From: Lama glama
Lineage: Eukaryota
Direction of reading: 5' to 3'
Length of the DNA: 64,000 nucleotides
NCBI GenBank assembly: GCA_028534125.1
Contig: CM052818.1
Location: 13,766,001 to 13,830,000, forward strand
The position numbers were made by a program, and so were the translations under genes. Positions 10,650-21,502 of the stretch are shown in pieces; within the stretch, counting starts at the first letter, position 1, and the number at the start of each line of letters is the position of its first letter. Below the pieces are notes generated by a model. The model saw nothing but the letters and a program-made list of their open reading frames with translations, did no database searches and had not been told where the DNA came from.

Positions 10650-13604
10650 GGATATTTGAAAGGAAGATGACGGAGTAGAAGCTCCACTCTCCCTCTCCCA
10701 CAAATACACCAAAACTCACATCTACAGACCTACTCAGCCAACCAGAGAACCTGCTGAACTCCGACAGAACATTGCCCTCTTTGAAAGACAAAGATGCCAA
10801 AAATCTGGTGGGAGAAAACGAAAAAAGAAACAAGAAAAAGCAAAACAGTGTGAGACCAATCCCACGGGGAGGGAGCGGCAAAGGAGGACTGGCGCTCATT
10901 CGCTGGGTCTCTCCTCTCCAATGAAGAGGCCAGCGGGATGGAGGGGGAGCCTCTGAGGCTCAGATCTGCCCCGAGCACCCCTTAACCGACAGAACTGAGT
11001 TAAATGGGCACAAAGGGTCCCCGCGACACCCAGCCCAAGACACAAGCCGGCAGCTGGGGCTGGGACAGGCCACCTGAGCCAGGCGGAGGACTGGGGCAGC
11101 TGCACTGAGGCAATCCTGGGGGACTGCAGGGTGCTGTGTGCTGTGGCTGGGAGGGGATACAGAGCAGAACAACCTGAGCCCCCATAAATTGCGAAAAAAG
11201 CAAAGCAACACGGCTGGTGTGCTGTAGCCTTTTTCTCCTCAGACCTGCGCCACCAGTACTGGCGCTTCTCATGAGAAGAGAGGCAGGGCGGGGGTGGGGC
11301 CGAGACCTGAATCCGCACCCAGGGGCTCCACAACCTCCTAGGCAGGACTGAGACTTGTTTATAGCCTGAGGCAGATAGGATCTTTCTGCCCTGGCACCTC
11401 AGAGAACTCGCGCCACCAAGACAAACGAGGAGCTGAGATTTGGCATGGAGCAGGGGCGGGGCCGTTCCATGGTCTTCCCCAAGCCCACCTTCGGAGCACC
11501 GACCCGAGGTGGAGCGGGCAGCTGCACAGAGCAGCAGAGTGACCCGCGTCAGGAGAGGGCGGGCGGCCATCCGCCTTCCTGGCAGGAACACAGCACCTGA
11601 CCATGGTGCTGGGAGGTGGCGTGATCTGCCCACCTGCCTCACCCGAGCGCAGCATCTGACTGCGGCATTAGGAGGGGGAGTGACCCGCTGCCCCACCAGG
11701 TAAGAGCTCAGCACCTGATCCAGTGTTGGGAGGGGGCACGATCTGCTAGCCGACAGCCACTGGGAGCAGCACAGATGAGGGCGCCAACAGAGGGCCTCTG
11801 GAAACAGCAAGCTGAGTTCACGAAACAGGGCGAAGACACAAAGACCTCTCAATAAAATCATTAAGAGCACACCGTCTCCAGGACAACTAGATAACTGATA
11901 CTTCTTAAGCCACAGTGCCAGAGAGATATGAGCAATATGAAGAAGCAGAGGAACCACTCCCAATNNNNNNNNNNNNNNNNNNNNNNNNNNNNNNNNNNNN
12001 NNNNNNNNNNNNNNNNNNNNNNNNNNNNNNNNNNNNNNNNNNNNNNNNNNNNNNNNNNNNNNNNGAAATAGAAGCTATAAAGAAGAAACAAGTAATTAGT
12101 AAACTCATTTGCTGAGATGAGATCTGACCTAAAGGCTGTGCAAAGCAGACTAGGTATTACAGAGGAACGAATAAGTGACCTAGAAGACAGGACAACAGAA
12201 AGCACCCAATCAGAACAGCTGAGAGAAAAACAAATAAAAAACAATGAAAACAATATAAGGGACCTATGGGATAATAATAAAGCGTGCCCATCTACACATA
12301 ATAGGGATTCCAGAAGGGGATGAAAGAACAAAGGGGATTGAAAAGGTATTTGAAGAAATCATGACTGAAAACTTCCCAAACCTAAAGAAGGAATCAGATA
12401 GCCAAGTACAGGAGGCTCAGAGGGTCCCAAACAGGAAGAACACAAACAGACGCACACCAAGATATATCATAATCAAGATGGCCAGAGTCAAGGATAAATA
12501 AATGATCCTAAAGGCAGCAAGAGAAAAACAAAGAGTGAGTTACAAGGGAACCCCCATAAGCCTCTCAGCTGATTTCTCTACACAAACACTACAGGCCAGA
12601 AGGGAGTGGCAAGATATATTCGAAGTCCTGAATGAAGAAGAGCTGCAGCCTAGGATACTCTATCCAGCAAACTATCCTTTAGAACAGAAGGAGAGATAAA
12701 GAACTTCACAGACAAGCAAAAACTAAGAGTTTAGCAACACTAAACCCATGCTAAAAGAAGTATTGACAGGTCTACTCTAAATAGAAAAGAAGCAGGATGC
12801 TACAAAAATGAGAAACTTATAACTGGAAAGGTGATAACTACCATGAATTACAAATAGAATAAACACAAAATTGTAAAAGAAGACATCTAAATCATTAAGA
12901 GTGGGAGAGAGAAGCAAGGAAAGCCACTATGGAAAACAGTATGGAGATTCCTCAAAAGACTAGGAATGGACTTACCATGTGACCCAGGAATCCCACTCCT
13001 GGGCATATATCCAGAAGGAACCATACTTCATAGTGACACCTGCACCCCAATGTTCATGGCAGCACTATTTGCAATGGCCAAGACATGGAAACAGCCTAGA
13101 TGTCCATCAACAGATGACTGAATGAAGAAGCTGTGGTATTTATACAATGGAATACTATTCAGCACAAAAACTGACAACATAACGCCATTTGCAGCAACAT
13201 GGATGTTCATGGAGAATGTCACTCTAAGTGAAGTAAGCAAGAAATAGAAAAAAAAAATACCATATGAGATCACTCATATGTGGAATCTAAATAAATAAAT
13301 AAATACAAACAGAAACAGACTCATAGACATAAAATACAAACTTGTGGTTGCCAAGGGGGCAGGGGGTGGGAAGGGACAGACTGGGATTTTAAAATGCAGA
13401 ATAGATAAAGAAGATTATACTGTATAGCACAGGGAAATATACACAAGATCTTGTGGTAGCTCATAGCGAAAAAAAATGTGACAATGAATATGTGTATGTT
13501 CATGTATAACTGAAAAATTGTGCTCTACACTAGAATTTGACGCAACATTGTAAAATGACTATTACTCAATAAAAAATGTAAAAAAACAACAACCACCACA
13601 AAAA
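10650..13604 (+). mobile_element. Lineage-specific LINE-1 with 5'UTR, disrupted ORF1 and 3' end but nearly all ORF2 missing
   Basis: GC-rich 5'UTR; ORF1 from ATG 11928 (MSNMKKQRNHSQ) to TAA 12780, including ILKAAREKQRVSYKGTPISLSADFS; jump at ~12922 to the ORF2 C-terminus (PLWKTVWRFLK); AATAAA and A-rich tail; 17-bp TSD AACAACACAGCAA(C/T)ACC at 10633-10649 and 13605-13621; N gap 11965-12063. Confidence 0.93.
11965..12063. other. Assembly gap (99 N)
   Basis: Run of N inside L1 ORF1. Confidence 0.99.
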
Positions 13605-13753
13605 AACAACACAGCAATACCTATTTCTTTGTGCATAGTGTATGGCTGCCTTATGCTACCATGGCAGAGGTGAATACTTGCACAGAGACCTTATGGCCCA
13701 CAAAGGCTAAAATATTTACTATTACTTTTACAGGAAAACTTTGCTCACCTTTG
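13605..13753 (+). mobile_element. MER58A-like MITE, 3' part
   Basis: tatggctgcc..ggcagaggtgaatacttgcacagagaccttatggcccacaaaggctaaaatatttactat..aaaactttgctcacc continues the MER58A consensus across the L1. Confidence 0.8.
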
Positions 13754-15509
13754 AACTAATTGATTGAATGATATATTTGGCATTTTATTTATTTTGGCCT
13801 CATTTGGATATAATCTTGTCTGCCTCTTGTCTACTCCATATGTTACCTTACACATATGGTAGCTCAATGAGTGCTGATTAATGAAGAAAGCAAGAATGCA
13901 CTGACAAATATAGAACTAATAACCTCAGTTTTGCTTTAAACCCAGAGAATGCGTTTTTATTCCTTTGCAAGATTTCTTAGTCAAGTTTCAGATATGGTTA
14001 TGGAAGTTTGGGGTTTGGTGTTTTAAAAACTGGTAACCTAGCAGTTCTACACACTTAACACATGATAAATATTCTTATTAAAAATTCATTTGAATTCCAC
14101 TTATTGAGTAATTTAAACTGAGATGCATGTTCAAACTTTGATCATTGTTATATTTTCTAGTGGTGTTTTGAGAATGATAGTTTTTAAAAATAATATGAAA
14201 TATGTGCAGCAATATATTAACTTCTGAGTGGTAGAATTATAGGCTTGATTTTTTTTGTTTCTTTTTGGGTTGTTGATTTTTCCAAATATGACAATGAAAC
14301 ATGTTATTTTTATAATGAGAAAATAAAATAAGTTTTAAAATACGCAATATGTTTAGCTTCATGTAACTGAATATTTTATATTGATATCTTAGTTTGAGGA
14401 ACAAAAGACAGATTTTTAGATTACAAAATTCATAGAATAAAATTAAGTCTGAGAACTGTTCTCAAGTTAACATTTTAAGAAAATATTCAACTGGCATACA
14501 GTGATTGAAGATCAGGAAGTAAAAAACATTTACACTAAAAATTTTTTAAAATTTCACATGAATTTTAACTTTAGACAGCAGAACACCAAATACATAGTCT
14601 CATATCAGTATACACATTTTTTTTAGACATCTTCCTTCTGCCATTCAACAGAAGGAAATAAAATATCTTCATATTCCCTCACTTGTAATTTGTATTTTTT
14701 GATATGGAAGCAGATCTACATTCTTCCTATGATTAGAAGTACTTGTTTTAGCCTTCATTTATTTTTAGTAGCCTAAATGCACCAGTGTGCCTTATGTGGG
14801 TACTTGCTTGCTCATTTACCTTAAAGGGAATGCTGTGTGGCAAATTCAAATGATGCCCTAAAAATGGTATTATTATACCCAAGAATAGCCAGTTTGTGTT
14901 TCTTTTATTAGAGGGTCTTAAGCTGTTGTCATGGTATGTAATTTATACATTATATTTCTATGATATTTCTTCACTGTGAGGGTAATGCCAACCACGGGGA
15001 ATTTTTGTCTATTACTGCTCCATCATTTGTTCTGACACAGGCCGAGTTCTGTTTTAACTAGGTATTGCTAACTTATGCCTCTAGGATGTAAATGAGTACA
15101 TTGTAGAGGCTTACAATTAGAAAAGCAGAGTGATTTTTTTCATCTTTTAAAAGTCCATTTTATAATATTTGGCCTTCCCTAGACACATTTTTATTTTCTC
15201 CTCTAGGAGGTTTCCATTTGCTTAGTATCTTTCCACAAGCAGCATTTTAAGTAGAAATGAGTCACCACCTATTACACAGATTTAGGGAATTAAAAGAAGG
15301 GGAGGAACCATACAAATACAAGGAACTGAGCACGTGGTAAGACAGTTATGCCCTGGAAATACCTAAGTGACCATTAACTTACAAAATTATTTCATGTCAC
15401 ACCACAGCTGAAACATTACACCAAGAGACACTTTTAGGCATATCACAAATTCATGGGCTGTACTCATAGGAGAGCCTATCAGGTCCTCACTCAAAAATTA
15501 TTCATTCTT

Positions 15510-15675
15510 TTATATATATATGTGTATACATATACATGTGTGTGTGTATATATACATATGTGTGTATATATACACACACACATGTCTGAGTCACTTTGCT
15601 GTATACTAGAAACTAACACAGCATTGTAAATCAACTATACTTCAATAAAAAATTAATTACTTAATTAAAAAAAAG
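15510..15675 (+). mobile_element. TA/TG/CA microsatellite plus short L1 3' tail
   Basis: gagtcactttgctgtatactagaaactaacacagcattgtaaatcaactatacttcaataaaaa. Confidence 0.75.
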
Positions 15676-17286
15676 AAGTCTTGGGTCCTGGATTCCCAAT
15701 ACCTGCAGCCAGTATGCAGTTTTGTCTTTTTTTCCCCAAAAGGTGGTGATGGTTATCTTTGCTCTTCACAGAGTGTTATATTCCATCCTTGCAAGCTGTA
15801 TGTAGAGATGCGACAATTAATTCTTTCAGATTGTTTTAACAATCTGTGAACTCCCTGCACATAGAAAATTAGAAGCAGCAAATTTGAACGGAGACTCTCG
15901 ATAGAGCTCTCGATAGAGATATTTTCACCAACAACAAAAAAAAAAAGTCAGGAGAAAAGATAGGAAAACTACTGAAAGTAAAATAAAAACTCAAAACACA
16001 GTTGTCTGAGACCTCTGAGTGTAGGCCAAACACCCTCGCACCTCTTGAGAGCCTCTGAATACATCGTTATGTTAAAAGCATAACACAATAATTTGGATCA
16101 ATTGTATTGACATATCTCTTTAATAAAAGATCAGTTTCTTTTCAGAATATGCTGTCCAATAAAGCTCAGACAATTATAATACCCTTCTACAAGATTTCCA
16201 TCAAAATGATAACAAATGAAAAACAGTTTGGATGTTGAAGAGGATAAATATCATTAGATGCTGTCTGAGAAGTAAAAGATTACATGATGTTTCTGTATTC
16301 TTCAATGCTTTTCTCTGAGAAAAAAAATCATACAGACTTGGGGGAAAAAGAGCTGTCTTGAAAGCCAAGTATTTTATGGTCTCAATGTCTTTTTAGTTCT
16401 TCAAACTCACTGGCAAGCAGTAATCACCAGCTAATGCTTCCTCTAGGTCATTAGTTAGCTAGAATAGTCCTTGTGGGAAGCTGCTCAGCTGGGAGCTCTT
16501 GCCAGTTGTTAGGAACTTAAACTGGTCACCATGGTTGAAGAAAGCCTCTGACAAAAAACCAAGGTCACTTTACAGGATTTCCCCATCTTCCCAAAAGGGC
16601 ATGTCAGCAAACACATGCCATTCAGAGTAAATTACAGAAATAAAGGGAGATTAGATCACCTGCAGGCACAAAAGAGGGAGTAGTCAGCTCAACCCGAGGA
16701 AGAGGAGTGCTTCAGAAGGAGTGACACTTGAATCCTGAAGGCTGGGGGTTCACCTTGTTAGAAAGCAGAAAAGGGCATTTCAGGGGATGGTGGCATGGAA
16801 TGTAATGGTGAATTTGGGATGGTTCACTTTGTTTGGAACACAGCATTAGGGTGTTTAAGAGGAGCCATTGAAGACTGGGCTCAGAAGATGACCCCATTCT
16901 CTGCCCTGCCATCTCCAACTTCACTTTCATCTGCCCAGTTGAGATACAGGACAAAGCTACAAGTCCACTGTCTAAGCAAAGGTCAAGTAATGAATGAAAC
17001 CACTATCCTCATTTTACCATGGAGGAAATAGATGCTCAAAGAAGTTAAGTGACAGACCTAATTTCTCTCTCTCTCTGTGCCATTGTATGCTTCTCTTAAA
17101 ATTATGTTGGATAATTAAAATACATGCCTTCTATATTCTTAGGTGAGTTTGAAATCGTATTCTTTAGAACAAGAAGACTTAGAGACCCTTCTGAAAAGTC
17201 CATGAGAGATTAAATTTCTTGATGGTATGATTATTTTTTAAAAACATTCATGAAGCAATAGCACCATTCTTTTTTTCTAAAACAGA

Positions 17287-17735
17287 TTTTTTTGAGAAAT
17301 AATTGCCAATTTAGCCACTAAAATTATCTAATTCAATGATTTTTAGTATATTCTCAGAATTGTGCATCCGTCACCACAATCAAATTTAGAATTTTTTTTT
17401 TCTCAGAAAGAAACCCATACCCCTGAAACATGAATCCCATTTCCTCGCAGCTTCTCCAGATCCAGACAAATACTAATCTACTTTCTGTCTCTATGAATTT
17501 GTTTCTTCTGGACATTTCATGTAAATGAAATTATACAATATGCAGTACTTGTGACTGGCTTTTTTAACTTAGCATAATGTTTTCAAGGTTCACCCATGTT
17601 GTAGCATGTGTCAGTACTTCACTCTTTTTTATTGCCAAATTATATTCCATTGTGTGGATATACCACATTTAATTTATTCAATTATCAATTGATGGACATT
17701 TGGGTTGTTTCCATTGTTCGGTTATTATAAACAAC
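17287..17735 (-). mobile_element. L1MB-like 3' end, antisense
   Basis: ctaatctactttctgtctctatgaattt..ggacatttcatgtaaatgaaattatacaatatg..tcaattgatggacatttgggttgtttcca. Confidence 0.82.
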
Positions 17736-19117
17736 AGTGCCATTCTGTTACTGTATTTACATTATTTTTATCATACTAACTTATGAATGTGATTAGTTTT
17801 GCAAACACGTGTCACCAAGGAGCCCGGCTTGGGGTAAGTCTATCACTTCCTCTAGTGTAAATCAAGATGGAGGTAAACATGGGTGATTTTGGTACATGAG
17901 TAGTGTTATGTATGTGTAACCTACAGGGGAAGCCTCAATTATAATGCACAGGGGAGAATCTTTCTCCAGAGATTCCTAAACAGGATCACGGTCCATTTCA
18001 ACCATTTAACTTCCGATTAGAAGAAAGTAGCGCTAATAACTTAGACCTTAACCAGATGGGTATGATTTTTCCAAAGTCCTTTCCTGTTGGATTTAACATT
18101 CTAAGAAAGGATGAATTGAGGACAAATGACGACAAAGCACAAAAGTACCTTGAAGAAATCTTGAGAAATCTTCGTAAGTGAAATGAGAATAGGAGGAAGC
18201 TTTTTGGATTTAGTCTCACAGGATGTTGCAATTCAAAGACCATTAAATTGTGTATAATGTACAATCCCTCTTTTGCCGGAGAAGTTTCCTCATTGTACTC
18301 TTGAGATATTTTAAAGCGTTTCTAAGGCTGCTGTTAAACTAGAGAATTGTGAATTGGTAGGTTTTCAAATAAGTTACTCCAGACCTCAGTCTGGTCTAAA
18401 TCTTCCTGTTTTTACAATTAACTCCTCATGTTTCTTTGTTGAGTGTGTGCATGTGTGTGTGTGTGTAAAACCTAAAGATAAACCAGGAAGCATCCGGGGC
18501 CATCTGGTTCTAAAGGAGAATACAGATTTCTGTGAGGGCTAGCTACTAAATGTAAAGAGGATAAACAATGCTATCTTAACACACAACTCCTGTGCTAAAC
18601 TCTAGTCATCACTGTCCAAAATGCCCTTCATTTGTACTTTGTGTTAAACTTAATGGATTTTTCATCTATGAATGAAGAAGTTTGGTTTGTTTTAAGAGAA
18701 ACCATAGTATAGGCACGAACACTTCCATGCTGTTTAATCAAGTTTCTGAAGGATTAAAAGAAAAGTGGCACTGGGTGCTCTTGAACGCTTTGCTTCCTTC
18801 TTGGTGCATGCTCACTCTTGGTCTGTTTCCAAATAAAGCATTGTGATTAAGAAAGAATCATCAAGGGCAGAAGGAAAAGATTGCTAGCAACTAAGACTAC
18901 CCAAGGCTTGTGTACTGGCCAGGGCAATGCAGGATTCTACTCTGTATACCACCTAGCAAAGTGCTACATGAATGCATCCTGACTTTAATTAAGATGATTT
19001 GGGAGGGGCACTTTCCTGCTCTCCAAAGCAAGACTCTTTACTCTGCAACTGAAGTAAAAGAACTTACATTTCAAATTTCCCCCTCAAGATTCTTAATTCA
19101 AAGGGAATAATGATGAA

Positions 19118-19312
19118 AACAACAGCAATAATATTTACAGAGCACTTACTGTAGGTTGCCGTTTGATTTAACACTATTATTACCTCTGCTTTACAAGTTA
19201 AGAAAGTGAAGTGCAGAGAGGTTCAGAGACTTGCCTAGACTCACACAGCTGGTAAGTGTTGGAGACTGGATCTGAACCAGTCAGTAAGACTCTAGAGCCC
19301 AGGCTCTTAACC
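19118..19312 (-). mobile_element. MIR SINE
   Basis: cagagaggttcagagacttgcctagactcacacagctggtaagtg..gactctagagcccaggctcttaacc is the antisense MIR core and head. Confidence 0.8.
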
Positions 19313-19859
19313 TAATTAAGAAAGTGGGCTGTTTCTTAATTCAGTATTATGGCAAAAACATGTTCAGTGCTAATTTAAAATATATAAGTACTCAAAGTAG
19401 ATATTTATGTAAATTTAAACAGCACATATTGCAAAACCATAATACTATATTTATTTTCTCAAAAAAATTGTTTTGCATGCCATTTTGTCCCAGGGAAAAA
19501 AGTCTTTATTTTCCTTCAGAATGAGAAGGGGTAACATTTGATTTTGCTGGGGAACTGTTAAAATTACTTTGATGGTTCCAGTCGTGCACAGCATTGAAAT
19601 TTATGACAAATATGTAATCTGTTTATTTGTCACCCAGCTTGGATGATTTCCAAATGTTTCCTCTTAGTAGCTCTTGATTTTGTTTGGATTTTCTTCAATC
19701 GCCAAATAGTCCAACAACAATGTCTGAATTATGTTTGCTCCGTCAGGGAATACCAACGTGTTGAAAGACAGCTTTGATTATTTAAAATCCTACTACATTC
19801 ACTTGCAACTTTGAAGAGCATGCATGCTTTCGTAGACTGGATTTTTTTGAAGAAGAAGG

Positions 19860-21070
19860 GGAAGAAAAAAAGGCGGAAAAAAGAACCGCACAAGTTTGAG
19901 GCCGAAGTGCCTCCTTTGCTATTTACTGCAGTGAGTTTTCCGTTTTGCTGGCGAAAGCACGCTTAACAGATCAAATCAAACTGTTCGAAAAAGGTTGTCT
20001 GCACCCCTTATGTTTAAAAGAGAGGGATTTCGTTCTCTTTCCTTCACACATCAAAGAAGGCATTCGGGGAGGAAATAAACCATAATTAGGCAAGAGCGAG
20101 AGAGCAACAGACCCCTTCCTCGGCCTTTCCCATCCCCGCCCCCCCAAGCCCCTGGCAACCGTCCTGCGCGGGAGCGAGCTGCCGGCCACCGCAGCAGCTG
20201 CAGCGAGTGCGCGTTCACGACGCGCCCGCCACCGGGATATGGGCGGCGGCGGGGCCGGCCTGGGGGCGCGCGCGCTCGGGAGCGCGCTCATGCAGCGGTT
20301 TTCTTCTCCTACAACCGAGAGGCTGTGGCGCCGGAGGGGCGGGGAGTCGGCGGAAGGATATGGGCGCGGAGGGAGAAGCGCGCTCCCTTTGACGGCGGGT
20401 TAGCGGCGCTGGTTGGGCGGCGGGGAGCGGGGTGTGATGCGGCACTGCGGTTCTGAGGCCGTTATTCGGGCTCCTCCAGAGAGGGCGGAGGAGGAGGCTG
20501 GAGCGCGGCGGTGATTTTGTGCCAGGGCTTCCCAGAGGCGCACTGAAAAGGCTTGGCAGGGCTCAGGAAACTGGTGGCTTAGGGACAACATTCAAGCCCC
20601 CACCCCCTGGGAGGGGAAGGGGACAGGCAGCGAGGCTCGAGGGCGGCGGAGGGATGGTGGCTGCTCGGGGGGAAGGGGCGAGCCCTGCCTGTCGTTGGTG
20701 AGGGGCTACGGGCAGGCGAGGCTCCGCGGGTCAAAGCGGCTCCATGCCCACTGGTGGGTGGAACGTGTTGAGCCGAACGCGGAGGTCGAGCCTGGCGGCG
20801 GCTCGGAACCCTTAACATAATCTCAATCGTGGGATTTCAATTAGCCCACTTTGGGATTAATTCATTGGGGGCAGCCTTGCTGGTCTGGCTCCTCCAGGAG
20901 CTGGGCAACCTTGACGGGCTTTTTGTCTTGCTGCTCCAGCCCTTTTTCCCTTCCTCCTCCTCCAGATGCCTTTTCTCTGCCCCTCCTCGCCCGGTACAGA
21001 CATTTCCAGGGCAGCCTGCCGCTCGTGGCTGCTGTCGAAGCCACTTCTCGGGATTTCGGCTCGTTTTCCT
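19860..21070. promoter_or_regulatory. CpG island / CCDC88A promoter and 5'UTR
   Basis: Abrupt GC- and CpG-rich block (GGGCGG boxes, GCGCGCGC runs) directly upstream of the start codon within AT-rich flanks; boundaries approximate. Confidence 0.9.
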
Positions 21071-21239
21071 CTGGGGTGTTTTTTGAGGAGGGAGAGTTTT
21101 TCTCCCCTCCACAATGGGATTTTTTTCCCGTGCCAAAATGGACTTTCATTGATTTCTACTTACTTCTTCACCGTTTAGTGACCAATTTCCTAGGCGTATT
21201 TTTGTGGTAGTTCCTTTTCTCAAATACATTTTCTGTAAA

Positions 21240-21302
21240 ATGGAGAACGAGATTTTTACTCCCCTTCTGGAGCAGTTCATGACCAGCCCCTTGGTCACTT
21301 GG
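21240..21302 (+). CDS. CCDC88A: CCDC88A (Girdin/GIV) coding exon 1
   Basis: AAA-ATG-G Kozak context; encodes MENEIFTPLLEQFMTSPLVTW, the Girdin N-terminus; donor TGG|GTAAGT, phase 0. Confidence 0.97.
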
Positions 21303-21401
21303 GTAAGTGGGGTAGTATTTATTGCATATTTTGCGGCATTATTTGTGGCTGCAGAGATGGAGGTGGGCGTTCTGTCGTGATGATCATCATTCTGTTCTTA
21401 G

Positions 21402-21502
21402 GTTAAAACGTTTGGACCTCTGGCTGCAGGAAATGGGACCAACCTGGATGAATATGTGGCTTTGGTGGATGGGGTTTTCTTGAACCAGGTCATGCTCCAA
21501 AT
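21402..21502 (+). CDS. CCDC88A: CCDC88A coding exon 2 (101 nt)
   Basis: ttcttag| acceptor after a 99-nt intron; [33 protein letters not shown](I); donor AT|GTAAGT, phase 2. Confidence 0.97.

Noticed and set aside
15534..15585. 23-bp-arm inverted repeat of TG/TA/CA dinucleotides
   Set aside because: Self-complementarity is expected in mixed microsatellites; it adjoins an L1 3' tail
19971..21210. Many overlapping ORFs on both strands in the CpG island
   Set aside because: Low-complexity Arg/Pro/Gly/Ala-rich products expected from high GC content; the real coding start is at 21240
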